DNA of 50,301 nt from Candidatus Uhrbacteria bacterium (GCA_018700535.1 JABITQ010000043.1:1-50301); one strand, 5' to 3'; positions 16,127-25,524 are shown, counted from the stretch's first letter. Notes: generated from the letters alone by a model not told the origin. Numbers and translations: made by a program.

Positions 16127-16534
16127 TCAGTCGTAGTAGTCATTGGTGGTCACTCTGTCTGGTGACGAGGGTGGTCTACAGTCGTATGGTTCTGGCAGAG
16201 CGGCAGTTTGGCGCTGCAGACGGAATTGTATTTCTACCACGTAAGGGAAACAACTTCCGAATTCTTGGTCACCTTTCGCATTGAGCGTGAGTCTTTGTAG
16301 TTGCTGCTCTCGCTGAGCATGAAGCTTAGGAGTCTCATCTGGGTCGCAGTAACAAAGTGAGATCTCGACTTCTTGAGGGATTCCTTTGGTGATGGTGTAG
16401 CGAATAGACATCCTCTCAATACCCAGAAGACCTTCAGGGCGGATCAAGGTGCGAGCAAGGATTGCTACGCGCTGACAGTCTTCCAGCAAATGTGGTCTGT
16501 GGTCTGCCGGGATTTCGATATTCATGTGCGCCAC
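16127..16534 (-). CDS. hypothetical protein
   Basis: GTG start with AGGAG 5 nt upstream. Terminator hairpin gaaggcat/atgccttc overlaps the stop. No domain recognised. Confidence 0.5.
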   Translation of the reverse strand: MAHMNIEIPADHRPHLLEDCQRVAILARTLIRPEGLLGIERMSIRYTITKGIPQEVEISLCYCDPDETPKLHAQREQQLQRLTLNAKGDQEFGSCFPYVVEIQFRLQRQTAALPEPYDCRPPSSPDRVTTNDYYD

Positions 16535-16668
16535 GACGGCTCCTGTGTTTGCTCTAATAGACTCAATGCAAAAATAAGCTACATCGAAAGCTACTTCTAG
16601 TCAATCCTGGGGCGTGTCTGTGTCAACGTAAAAACCCCACCTCTAGTTTGAGATGGGGCCGCGTTTGT

Positions 16669-17832
16669 TCAGTGGCCGATGTGACGATCGAGACGATTCA
16701 ATGCACGCTCTACAGTCTCGTTGCCTGAGAACGTACCGGTGTTCAAGAAAGTACAGAGATCTTTGCCGGTGCCAGTTTCTAGCTCGGTACGCAGATCTAG
16801 TGAATGCTCCTTCTTCCATGGGAGCTCAGGTACACCTTCGTTGTGTTCACAGAGCGCTAGTAGTGCAAGTAGTTGGGTGAACAGAGGTTTGTCAGTGGCA
16901 AGGTGCTCAATCCAATACGCCGTGTTCGTTCCCGTTGTCTCAATGATCACAGCCTGCACTTTTGGACTGGTGTCTGAGGTAAATAATTCCTCAAGACGAT
17001 CTGACCAATCGCTCGTGAGCTTGTGTGAGATCAATCTCATTGTGGGGAGAAGCCACTCATGTGTCTCTTTCCCCGAACCATCGATCGCCCACTTGCAGAG
17101 CGTCCAGACATGCTCAGAGCTTTCATTTTCGATCGCTGCGATGAGTTCTTCTGACGCAGAGTTTCGAACCACCTCACGGCTCGTTATATGCGTCACAAAC
17201 TGAACGACAGTACCTGGCTGCATTCTTCGAATCAGATCGGGGAACAGATCGTCTGTTGGCGATCGGTGTGATTCTTGAGGTTCACAGAAGCGCTTGTCGA
17301 AGAATGCACATGCGATGGTGAGTATCATTGGGCTATGCTTCTCGATCACATATTCGTAATACTCTCGGTTGCGCAACACATATCTACACAAGAATTCGGT
17401 GTCCTCACATGTGTCGATGAAGAGTTCTGTGAGCTCGGGGCCCAGTGTTCTGCCTAGTAGAATCTTTTTCACCAGTTCAGGTTTTTTCAAAGCCTGGTAG
17501 GTTTTCATCAGAGCAATGACTTCAGCAACGAAGTCAGCACGTTCTTGGTTGTCTGCAAAAACAGCATGCGTTGGATTGAGCTGAGAGACTCGACTTTCTA
17601 GGAGCTCTGCAATAATCAAGCCGTATACATTTTTCTCTACAGGCATTTGTTGTACAGCCACTCCATGTGCGACACGCTGCACAACGAGCTGTGCATCCTG
17701 GCATCGATCCAAAACAAGTTCCTCACCCGCATGATAAGGGATCCGAACTTTGCCGTAGTAGTGATCACCAGTAGCTGGCGAAACACGTACAACTGTACCG
17801 TAGCCAAAGATAAGTTCACCTTTTTCCATCAC
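16669..17832 (-). CDS. hypothetical protein, mostly alpha-helical (repeat-like)
   Basis: 387-aa ORF with its own promoter and a terminator (ccccatctc/gaggtgggg + T-run). No motif recognised. Confidence 0.55.
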   Translation of the reverse strand: MMEKGELIFGYGTVVRVSPATGDHYYGKVRIPYHAGEELVLDRCQDAQLVVQRVAHGVAVQQMPVEKNVYGLIIAELLESRVSQLNPTHAVFADNQERADFVAEVIALMKTYQALKKPELVKKILLGRTLGPELTELFIDTCEDTEFLCRYVLRNREYYEYVIEKHSPMILTIACAFFDKRFCEPQESHRSPTDDLFPDLIRRMQPGTVVQFVTHITSREVVRNSASEELIAAIENESSEHVWTLCKWAIDGSGKETHEWLLPTMRLISHKLTSDWSDRLEELFTSDTSPKVQAVIIETTGTNTAYWIEHLATDKPLFTQLLALLALCEHNEGVPELPWKKEHSLDLRTELETGTGKDLCTFLNTGTFSGNETVERALNRLDRHIGH

Positions 17833-17887
17833 ACACCTCGAATTTGTGGACTATTCCACGGGATTATTTTTTGAAAGAGCACGCACA

Positions 17888-17916
17888 AACGTAGTTCAAA
17901 AATAGGTTCTTGTCAA
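17888..17916 (-). promoter_or_regulatory. promoter TTGACA-N17-TACGTT
   Basis: TTGACAagaacctatttttgaacTACGTT on the minus strand. Confidence 0.55.
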
Positions 17917-17961
17917 TATGCGGCGCATGACATCTGTATAAACAAAAAAGTAGGCATGCGC

Positions 17962-18717
17962 CTACTTTCTCCCTTTCTTTTTTCGTTTAACTCCACGTGC
18001 AAGCCCTGGGTCCATGCCCACATGCTTCTTAAGCGCGCGGACTTCGCTTTCTGTAAGACTGCGCCATTTACCAGCTTGGTAGCTCCCTACCATCTTTAGT
18101 GTGGCGATACGTGTGCGTTTCAAAATTCTGACTTCATAGCCAACCTCTTCAACCATTCGACGAATCTGGCGGTTACGTCCTTCTTGCAAGATGATTGCAA
18201 AACGTGTCTCGTCTAGCTTGCGTACTTTGGCGGGGAGTGTCATGCCGTCGTCTAGCTCAACACCATTTTGAAGTGCAGCGATTGCGGTGCGGTCTAGTGG
18301 GCGATCAACTGTTACAACATATTCTTTCTCATGCTCGTAGCGAGGGTGCATCAATCGATTGGCGAGGGTGCCATCGTTTGTGAGGATCAAAAGCCCTTCA
18401 CTTTTTACATCCAATCGTCCTACGGGAAAGATTCTCTCTTCAAGCCCGATGTACTCAATCACATTGTCCTGTCGTCGTTGGTCTGTAGTAACGATGAGGC
18501 CAACAGGTTTGTTGAGCATGATGTAGATCTTTTTTGGCTGCCGTTTTCTGTCGCGACCTTCAACACGCACGTCATCATTGTCAGTCACCTTGTCACCAAG
18601 CTTCGCTACTCTATCATTGATAAAGATTTTTCCGAGTGCCACAAGACGGTCCGCTTCGCGACGCGAGCAGTATCCATGTGTAGACAGGTATTTATTGATG
18701 CGAGTTGATTCTGACAT
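17962..18717 (-). CDS. pseudouridine synthase, RsuA/RluB/RluF family, with S4 domain
   Basis: Start at MSESTRINKYLSTHGYCSRREAD (S4). Catalytic motif FPVGRLDVKSEGLLILTNDG; RNRQIRRM. The longer track ORF runs through upstream terminator hairpins. Confidence 0.9.
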   Translation of the reverse strand: MSESTRINKYLSTHGYCSRREADRLVALGKIFINDRVAKLGDKVTDNDDVRVEGRDRKRQPKKIYIMLNKPVGLIVTTDQRRQDNVIEYIGLEERIFPVGRLDVKSEGLLILTNDGTLANRLMHPRYEHEKEYVVTVDRPLDRTAIAALQNGVELDDGMTLPAKVRKLDETRFAIILQEGRNRQIRRMVEEVGYEVRILKRTRIATLKMVGSYQAGKWRSLTESEVRALKKHVGMDPGLARGVKRKKKGRK

Positions 18718-18893
18718 ATCGGCTGGGAGTATAGCACGAATTGCGGCTATGACAAGCCCCGTCGTTCGCGAGCGACGGGGCAAGGGTAATAGAAGATTGT
18801 GCTGAAAAACAAGCGAATTAGACAAAGAACAAGCCCCCGTCAACCATGTGGTCGACGGGGGCCGTGCGTTGGGCTTTTGCAAGCCCTGGGTAG

Positions 18894-19661
18894 TCATCCG
18901 GGTGGTGCAGCCGAAGCTTCCGCCTCGAGTGCCTCCAGCTCTTTTCGAACTCGTTCGATCTTCTCTTCGGTTGTCTCACCGATCCTGATTTCCTCTGCGT
19001 CCAGTTCGATCGTGTGTTTGTAGTGGACTCCTTTTCCACTCACTGGTAGCGGACTGCTTGCTGGTTCTGCTTTCGCCTTCTCTTGTTCGGCTTTCTCAAT
19101 CGCTTTCCCTTCGGCAAAACTCTTCTCAGCCGTAGCAAAGAAGGTTCCGAATCCTTCGTCAATCACGGTCGGAATGGACTGGAGGATCCAGTATGCTCCT
19201 CCCAGAACGAGAGTGATCAAGAGCGCTCTCGAGACAAACTTGCCGAGCCCCTTGGCGATCAACATTCCCCAATGATCTTCTGCATCCTTCTTGAGTGCAT
19301 CTGCGGCCAGTGTGGTCGCAGCTGCTGCAGGCTTCGCTGCGGGGGTGGTTGCGACGAACCTGATCGTGCGCTCGAACGTCGGGCCGGGTGTCACACCGGC
19401 ACGCGTCGCACGGATCAAAATCGTGTCAGCGGTTGAGGGGAGTGTGGTTGCGACGAACTCGAGCTCCCCATTGTTGGTGGCATCCACCGTCACTGGGTTG
19501 TTGAAGACCAGGGTGGCGCTTCCTTCAAGCTTCCACGATTCACCATCGACCTTGTCGGCATCCGTGAGGATGAGGGTGATGATGAGTGGTGTTCCGATAT
19601 CGACTCGTCCTTCATCGCCATCTTTTACGCGGGCACTATTGCACAGAATCATTGCAGACAT
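18894..19661 (-). CDS. single-pass membrane protein: N-terminal beta-rich domain, TM, charged coiled C-terminus
   Basis: Start at ATG 19661 (GGAGG 6 nt upstream). TM FVSRALLITLVLGGAYWILQSI. Same N-domain + TM plan as 20341-21123 and 22990-24213, without the Cys-rich domain. Confidence 0.55.
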   Translation of the reverse strand: MSAMILCNSARVKDGDEGRVDIGTPLIITLILTDADKVDGESWKLEGSATLVFNNPVTVDATNNGELEFVATTLPSTADTILIRATRAGVTPGPTFERTIRFVATTPAAKPAAAATTLAADALKKDAEDHWGMLIAKGLGKFVSRALLITLVLGGAYWILQSIPTVIDEGFGTFFATAEKSFAEGKAIEKAEQEKAKAEPASSPLPVSGKGVHYKHTIELDAEEIRIGETTEEKIERVRKELEALEAEASAAPPG

Positions 19662-19735
19662 TGAAGCCTCCATGTTGTTAGTTTGTTCCAAAGTCGCACA
19701 GCGCAACTAAGGATTCCGTTGTAGACGGACGCGTG

Positions 19736-19764
19736 AATATACCAGAAAATGGGGCTTTTGTCAA
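19736..19764 (-). promoter_or_regulatory. promoter TTGACA-N17-TATATT (27/29 identical to 6924-6952)
   Basis: TTGACAaaagccccattttctggTATATT on the minus strand. Confidence 0.65.
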
Positions 19765-19872
19765 TAGAAAGGGGTTGATAATCCTTTAAAATAGGACTTT
19801 AATACTTTGTAAAAGCAGCTTATCAACAGGGGGGTGTTTGTGCGTGATATCATTGGGTGTATATAAATTTTG

Positions 19873-19949
19873 GTAGTGAAGTAGAAAGTAGTGAAGTAGA
19901 AAAGGGGGGGGGTCGATCCCTTACTACTTCACTACTTTCTACTTACTAC
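19873..19949 (+). repeat. ~26-bp-stem hairpin built from a tandem 15-mer and its inverted copy, with a G9 tract in the loop
   Basis: gtagtgaagtagaaa x2 (19873-19902), G9 (19904-19912), tcgatccc, then the inverted copy 19924-19949. Ends 15 nt before ATG 19965. Confidence 0.85.
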
Positions 19950-19964
19950 TTCTAACAATAACCT

Positions 19965-20315
19965 ATGTCCAAGCTTGAGCAAGTGTACGAACGTCTTGAA
20001 GTGAACAAGAAACGCCGGAAAGAAATTAATGGAATGTTGAAAGACGAGCTGACACACGAGACTAGGCATCAGGAGATTGTTGAAGAGATGAAAACCTTGC
20101 GAGAGGAAAAGAAGGGGATCGAGCAGAATGTTAAATCTGGGAGTAAAGAGTTTTTGGAGCTAGACGATTTGAAGATTGAAATCCAAACAGATCAAGAGTT
20201 GCTCGCTGACATTGCACTCAACATGTTTATGAAAGAGCAAACAGTTGAGATCATCGATGACTACGACCAAACTTGGTACCCAGTATTCAAAGTTGCATTT
20301 AAGAAGTCCAACTAA
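19965..20315 (+). CDS. hypothetical coiled-coil protein
   Basis: 116 aa, Lys/Glu-rich with heptad-like sequence. No SD. Preceded by the long hairpin. Confidence 0.5.
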   Translation: MSKLEQVYERLEVNKKRRKEINGMLKDELTHETRHQEIVEEMKTLREEKKGIEQNVKSGSKEFLELDDLKIEIQTDQELLADIALNMFMKEQTVEIIDDYDQTWYPVFKVAFKKSN

Positions 20316-20340
20316 AAAGAGCACCGCGCGTTTGCGATGC

Positions 20341-21123
20341 TCAATGCGTGAGGGAATAAGCGGGGATCCATTCCCCGTTTTCGAATTGCGAAGCGTGGGG
20401 GTTGCCGTGTTTGTTAAGTACGACGTAGGAGAGCCCAATCTGTTGTGGTTGGTCGTAGGCTGCACAAGGAATCCATCCGCCTTGCGAGTTGTCCCAAGTG
20501 CGAGTCTCCGCGTGACCTTCTTTGCATCCGACGATGAAGCATCCTTCAGGCTCAGGTCCAGGTCCTCGATGGAGGAGTGTGAACTTGGTGCAGGTGGCAG
20601 CGGTTGTCGTGTCGCATTCGCCTACTTGAGGCAATGCTTCTGAGCTGCTGCCGTTTTGGCTCAAGAGCATCATGCATACAGCAGCAATAAGGATGGCTGG
20701 TCGTGCAAGACCGAAGTCTCTGGGTGACCAGATGGGAGGATCTTTTGCTGCTGGTGGAAGGGGGTTGAGGATCGGAATCCTTTCAGTGCTTTCATCAGCA
20801 AAAGAATCCAGGACACCCTCCTCTGTCGCTTGTGAGGTAGAGCAGACACTGATGACAACCGAATCGAAGCGCTGATCCGGAGATTCAATTCTCACCTTTG
20901 GTACCCCGGCCTCTGAACTGACGTTGATGCCCACTTGCGGGTCTCCAGTAACCTGAATGCCAGGGCGAGTGATTGACCGATTGCCGGTACTCATGAAGAC
21001 TCCGTTTGGTCCAAGAAGAGAGATCTTTACTTGTTCACCAGGTCTTCCACCGACGATAGTCACTGTTACTCGGTGTCTTGTTGGAGAAGCATGTTGGCTA
21101 ATCCGTACGGTGATTGGTAGCAC
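20341..21123 (-). CDS. single-pass membrane protein with C-terminal Cys-rich ectodomain (paralog of 22990-24213)
   Basis: GTG start with GAGGAG upstream. TM ARPAILIAAVCMMLLS. C-terminal CTKFTLLHRGPGPEPEGCFIVGCKEGHAE...W..C..Y...NGEW is shared with the paralog. Confidence 0.6.
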   Translation of the reverse strand: MLPITVRISQHASPTRHRVTVTIVGGRPGEQVKISLLGPNGVFMSTGNRSITRPGIQVTGDPQVGINVSSEAGVPKVRIESPDQRFDSVVISVCSTSQATEEGVLDSFADESTERIPILNPLPPAAKDPPIWSPRDFGLARPAILIAAVCMMLLSQNGSSSEALPQVGECDTTTAATCTKFTLLHRGPGPEPEGCFIVGCKEGHAETRTWDNSQGGWIPCAAYDQPQQIGLSYVVLNKHGNPHASQFENGEWIPAYSLTH

Positions 21124-21195
21124 GATTGCTCCTCAACTGCAGAGATTGGATATTCAGCGACGTGATCGTGTCAGAAATTCGCCTTCTCGTCAACC

Positions 21196-21230
21196 TATAA
21201 ACAAAAACACCCTTCGACAAGCGGAGGGTG
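21196..21230 (-). terminator. intrinsic terminator after rplT
   Basis: cacccttc/ggagggtg stem followed by TTTTTGTTT on the minus strand. Confidence 0.7.
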
Positions 21231-21241
21231 TTTTTTGATTT

Positions 21242-21586
21242 TTATTTTACTTTCTCGACAATTTTTGTGAACACAGCTGGGTAATCTTTTGCGAGCCCTG
21301 AAAGGATTTTGCGGTCGAGGACCACATCAGCCTTTTTGAGTGCATTGATGAACGTGCTGTACTTCATGCCGAGTGGTCGAACAGCTGCGTTGATTCGGAC
21401 TGCCCATAGGCGGCGGAATGAACGCTTCTTGTTGCGACGGTCGCGGTATGCGTAGACACCAGCTTTCAGCATCGCTGGACGCGCAAGTTTGATCTTGTTC
21501 TTGCGTCCCCACATCATTCCCTTTGTCTTAGACAAGAGGTTTTTGCGGCGCTTTGTATGTTGGGTACCTCGTTTGACTCGTGGCAT
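21242..21586 (-). CDS. rplT: 50S ribosomal protein L20
   Basis: MPRVKRGTQHTKRRKNLL...AYRDRRNKKRSFRRLWAVRINAA is the L20 signature. Confidence 0.97.
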   Translation of the reverse strand: MPRVKRGTQHTKRRKNLLSKTKGMMWGRKNKIKLARPAMLKAGVYAYRDRRNKKRSFRRLWAVRINAAVRPLGMKYSTFINALKKADVVLDRKILSGLAKDYPAVFTKIVEKVK

Positions 21587-21587
21587 A

Positions 21588-21782
21588 TTATTTATTCGGC
21601 ATTAGTGTCTCAATAGCCTTGCGGTGTGTTGAAGACATTGTCTTACCACGTTTCTTTCGTCGACCGACTTTTCCAGACTCATGACTGTTAAAGTGGCACT
21701 GACCAGCACGAAGCTTGGTGACTTTACCTTTGCCGGTAATTTTTACACGGCTTGCAAGGGCTTTGTGAGTTTTCATTTTCAT
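21588..21782 (-). CDS. rpmI: 50S ribosomal protein L35
   Basis: MKMKTHKALASRVKITGKGKV...HFNSHESGK; 64 aa; sits between infC and rplT. Confidence 0.95.
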   Translation of the reverse strand: MKMKTHKALASRVKITGKGKVTKLRAGQCHFNSHESGKVGRRKKRGKTMSSTHRKAIETLMPNK

Positions 21783-21844
21783 ACAATGGTCTATTTAGGT
21801 CGCGGGGAGTGTATAGAATTTGCCCCTTTCTGTCAATCGTCTTA

Positions 21845-22396
21845 CTACGACTTAGCCACAATGGCAGTCATTCGTCCAGATTGGTACTTAATTTCTTGTT
21901 CTACACGCAGATCGTACTTTGCCTTCAGCTGATTCAGGAATTCTCTCATGACAGCTGTAGCAACGTCTTTGTGAGCTTTTTCGCGTCCACGCAAAGGCAT
22001 TTCAACTTTTACCTTGTTTCCTTTATCAAGGAATTTGCTTGCCTGGTTTAGTCGAACTCCTTTGTCACCTACACCCATTCGGAATGTAAGGCGCACACCT
22101 TTGAGCTCAACTTCCTTTGACTGCGCTTTCTGTTTCTTTGCCTCCTTCTCTTTTTGATACTTAAACGCACCATAATCGAGAATTTTACAAACAGGTGGAT
22201 CTGCGTTTGGAGCTACTTCTACTAAGTCCATCTCCTTTGAAACTGCGAATGCAAGGGCTTTATCTGTGTCGATAATACCCATTGGCTCACCTTCAGGTCC
22301 GATTACACGAACTTGGGGTGCTCGAATCTTCTGGTTCACAAAATATTTTGGAACTTTATATTTCGGTTTTCGAGATCGGTGCCTGTGAATTCGCAT
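21845..22396 (-). CDS. infC: translation initiation factor IF-3
   Basis: NQKIRAPQVRVIGPEGEPMGI...MDLVEVAPNADPPVCKILDYGAFKYQ...VKVEMPLRGRE. Canonical infC-rpmI-rplT order. Confidence 0.95.
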   Translation of the reverse strand: MRIHRHRSRKPKYKVPKYFVNQKIRAPQVRVIGPEGEPMGIIDTDKALAFAVSKEMDLVEVAPNADPPVCKILDYGAFKYQKEKEAKKQKAQSKEVELKGVRLTFRMGVGDKGVRLNQASKFLDKGNKVKVEMPLRGREKAHKDVATAVMREFLNQLKAKYDLRVEQEIKYQSGRMTAIVAKS

Positions 22397-22462
22397 AGTT
22401 GATGGGGCTCACTCTAAGGGTAAAGGTGGAAAAAATCAAGCGATCATCTATACTCTGAGGGT

Positions 22463-22915
22463 ATGCCTACACTAGCTGTAAACAAAAAAGCACTATTTGA
22501 TTATGACATTCTTCAGAAATATGAGGGAGGTTTAGTGTTATCTGGTCCAGAAGTAAAGTCCATAAAGGGTGGTCAAGTTCAGTTAAAAGGTGCATTTTTG
22601 CACATAAAGAAGGGGGAGCTTTGGTTAAAAAATAGCTTTGTCGCTGCGTACAAGCCCGCAGGTCCAAGCGAAGATTACGACCCTTATGCGGACCGAAAGG
22701 TGCTTGTGCATAAACGGGAGTTCAACAAGTTGATCGGGAAGCAGCAGGCTGAAGGGTTAACAATCGTTCCGTTGTCGATTTATACAAAGGGAGACCTGAT
22801 CAAATTGGCGTTTGCCATTGGTCGAGGAAAGAAAAAGTACGAGAAGCGTGAGTCGATTAAAAAGCGTGATGTGCAGCGGCAGATGCAGGAGAGGATGAAA
22901 GGAAATCGAGAGTAA
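22463..22915 (+). CDS. smpB: SsrA-binding protein SmpB
   Basis: NKKALFDYDILQKYEGGLVLSGPEVKSIK...LFLHKREFNKL-type motifs. The tmRNA gene lies 3 kb away. Confidence 0.95.
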   Translation: MPTLAVNKKALFDYDILQKYEGGLVLSGPEVKSIKGGQVQLKGAFLHIKKGELWLKNSFVAAYKPAGPSEDYDPYADRKVLVHKREFNKLIGKQQAEGLTIVPLSIYTKGDLIKLAFAIGRGKKKYEKRESIKKRDVQRQMQERMKGNRE

Positions 22916-22922
22916 AAACAAG

Positions 22923-22980
22923 ACCCCCTTCAACAAGTCTCAGTGGTCGTTAGACCTAAGCTTGTCGAAGGGGGTTTTTC
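22923..22980. terminator. bidirectional terminator between smpB and 22990-24213
   Basis: acccccttcaacaag / cttgtcgaagggggt 15-bp stem with one mismatch, T-runs on both sides. Confidence 0.7.
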
Positions 22981-22989
22981 GTTGTGCTG

Positions 22990-24213
22990 CTATTTGCAGC
23001 GCTTGAGCGTCCACTCGCCGTTCTTCAGTGTGGCGGTGTGGGTCGATTTGTCGTTGTCTGTGACGAGTGCGCAATTGTCGCTCTTCATTGCAGGGCGGTA
23101 ATACGGCTCGCAGCTGTCCCACGATCCGTCTTTCCAGACCATGGCCTCGGCGTATCCCTCAGAACATCCAACTACGAAACATCCACTTGGTTCAGGGCCC
23201 ATCTTGTTTTCGTGCAACATGGTGAACTTGGTGCATGTGCGTGGTTCGGGTGGTGGGGGAGGAGGGGTGGCGGCAGGAGCAGATTCCAGTTCGGGTGCCT
23301 GCACGATATCGTCTGGTGCAATGCGCGGCACGACGACCAGCTCTTGTTCAGCTGAAGGAGGATGCTGTTGCATGCCTCCGTCGCGCACAAGTGGTGTCCA
23401 CTCAAAGAAGTCGAACACCGGCTCTTGATGGGTTACAAGTCTGTAACCCACGAGGGGGATCATGCACATGAAACCAAGCAGCATGAGTGCACCCAAGATC
23501 CCCCAGAACATATTTGACCTAGGCCATCTTGAGCTGGATTCATCTGGGTTCTCGTCTCCAACACCTTGTACTGCATCCAGGTTCTTTTCGAGTTCAGGCG
23601 AAGGTTCGGGTCTTTCTCGTTCTTCTCGTCTTTCTCGAAATGGATCTAGTGATGGTGTTTGTGCAGCCTGTTGTCCTGGCACACAGTCATCCAGCAGCAT
23701 CAGGCTTCCGATACGAGCGGGAGGCTTGTTGACACCAGTCACTCGTGTGAAAACTGGTGCTGCGCGTTTGATTTCGTCTGTGTCATCTTCTTTGTCAGGG
23801 AAATCAGGGAGGTCGGTGCCGTCGGTGTTTGGAAATGAAGGTGTGACTGAAGATGGTGTTGATGCAGAGCTGTGCTGAAGTGTTACCGAGACTCTACGAT
23901 CAACAAACCGACTCCCAGGTGAGCAGATCAACACAACTGGATCGCCATCAGATGTTGCATGGATTGTGAAAACCAGCTGTGGTTCACTTCTCGCATCCGT
24001 GGATTCACATACACCAGCCAAGACAGGGCTAGGATTGTCAAAGGAGACTCCGCCTCCTCCGTTGATTCCACCATCAATGCCACTGAGCATGATCCTCAGT
24101 TGCTCTTTGGGTATTCCACCAACTACAACAACCTTTACTTTCTGAGTGTCACCTTCCTCCATCCGCTTGAGGGTGGTGGGTGTCACTCTGAGATAGATTT
24201 TCGAATGATCCAT
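22990..24213 (-). CDS. single-pass membrane protein with C-terminal Cys-rich ectodomain (paralog of 20341-21123)
   Basis: AGGAGG before the ATG. N-terminal beta-rich domain, acidic/Pro-rich linker, TM MFWGILGALMLLGFMCMIPLVGY. C-terminal CTKFTMLHENKMGPEPSGCFVVGCSEGYAE...NGEW. Confidence 0.6.
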   Translation of the reverse strand: MDHSKIYLRVTPTTLKRMEEGDTQKVKVVVVGGIPKEQLRIMLSGIDGGINGGGGVSFDNPSPVLAGVCESTDARSEPQLVFTIHATSDGDPVVLICSPGSRFVDRRVSVTLQHSSASTPSSVTPSFPNTDGTDLPDFPDKEDDTDEIKRAAPVFTRVTGVNKPPARIGSLMLLDDCVPGQQAAQTPSLDPFRERREERERPEPSPELEKNLDAVQGVGDENPDESSSRWPRSNMFWGILGALMLLGFMCMIPLVGYRLVTHQEPVFDFFEWTPLVRDGGMQQHPPSAEQELVVVPRIAPDDIVQAPELESAPAATPPPPPPEPRTCTKFTMLHENKMGPEPSGCFVVGCSEGYAEAMVWKDGSWDSCEPYYRPAMKSDNCALVTDNDKSTHTATLKNGEWTLKRCK

Positions 24214-24404
24214 CGGTTCCTCCTGCGGAAAACTTCATGGCAGTATTTCACTGCCATTGGATCTCGACCGTGCCAAAAATATGCTCGTTTGTCAACGGTC
24301 CCTAAAGATAGATATAGAAAAGAAAACAGCGCACCCACGATCAGTAGACGTTCATCAAGGATGAATGTTCTGTGCTGATGTGAGCGCGCGCGTTGTTTTG
24401 TCTG

Positions 24405-24980
24405 TTATCGGCGTTTTCCGAGATCAGAGTCTACTGCATAGACCCGCTCTTCTACAACGCTCCATTGTGTGGTGCGGGACCCTCTGCACATGTAGTTGGC
24501 ACGCGGGCGTGCTTCACCGATGTAGGGTTGAGTCCACCCTGTGTTGCTAATTTTCCGATGGCAGTGTCGTGTCCTGAACGGAGCAAGCTGAACAATCTCG
24601 ATCTCAATCAGATCTCCTTCGTTCAGTCCGAGCACCTGGAAGCTGTTGATGTCGGTGCTGCTCACGACTTGCTTGTACCCGACAGTCACCACCACATGGG
24701 TGATGCCTCCCATAGCGTATTTGAAGTCGCGGAGGGAGCCGAAGTTTACGCACCAGTCACCGTCGCCCACTGAGATGTGGAGCCGTGCGTCGTCGCGAGT
24801 GCCGAAGCGATGTTCTTCGGCGTATTTTTTCACGTCGTATCCATGACTCTTCCAGGTGATCCCCTCAGTGTCTTTTGCGATCGACAGTCGGATCGCGTTC
24901 GGACATCCCTCGCTCGCCTTGGCGATATTGCCGAAGCAGAAGCTGAGAGTCATGCTGAGAAGCATGAGCAGAATGCGCAT
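24405..24980 (-). CDS. secreted hypothetical protein
   Basis: Signal peptide MRILLMLLSMTLSFCFGNIAKA. No recognisable domain. Confidence 0.55.
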   Translation of the reverse strand: MRILLMLLSMTLSFCFGNIAKASEGCPNAIRLSIAKDTEGITWKSHGYDVKKYAEEHRFGTRDDARLHISVGDGDWCVNFGSLRDFKYAMGGITHVVVTVGYKQVVSSTDINSFQVLGLNEGDLIEIEIVQLAPFRTRHCHRKISNTGWTQPYIGEARPRANYMCRGSRTTQWSVVEERVYAVDSDLGKRR

Positions 24981-25191
24981 GAATTCCTCCAGTAGTGCGT
25001 GAAACCGATATGGCGCCCAAAGTGGGGCCTGTCAGCAGGGTTGTCTTGCGACGATGAAAACTAATACGAAACGAGGGTGTTGTCAATGATAATGAGCGGC
25101 TTAACAATTTTGAAAAGAAACAACCCCACCGTCAGCGAGCCTCCAGTGGGGAGTTGCTCGTTGACCGATGGGGTCAGCGTTGGGTTCGTTG

Positions 25192-25524
25192 CTAGTCGGT
25201 GCAGCGGATGGTGTGTGTGCCTTCAGGGTTCCAGGTGATCACAAACTGTGTGCCAGTGGGGCAGGGTTCCTCATCGAGGTTTGTGATTGCACATTCAATT
25301 GTTGTAGGTGCTTCATCAGTCACCGCTGTCGCAACGAGGGTAATTCGTTCGTCCTCATCACCTAATTCGTTGTAGCGGCTTGGGATGGTGACAGTGACAC
25401 AGAAGATGGGTTCATCACCGTTTGCCAGAGCCTTGGCGATTTGCTCAGGGCTTTCTGTGAAATCTTCAACCGTGTACTCGACACTGTCTTCCGGGAACTC
25501 AACACCTGCATGCCAGTTGATCAT
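25192..25524 (-). CDS. small acidic hypothetical protein
   Basis: Start moved to ATG 25524 (GAGAGGTG 5 nt upstream). No domain recognised. Confidence 0.45.
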   Translation of the reverse strand: MINWHAGVEFPEDSVEYTVEDFTESPEQIAKALANGDEPIFCVTVTIPSRYNELGDEDERITLVATAVTDEAPTTIECAITNLDEEPCPTGTQFVITWNPEGTHTIRCTD

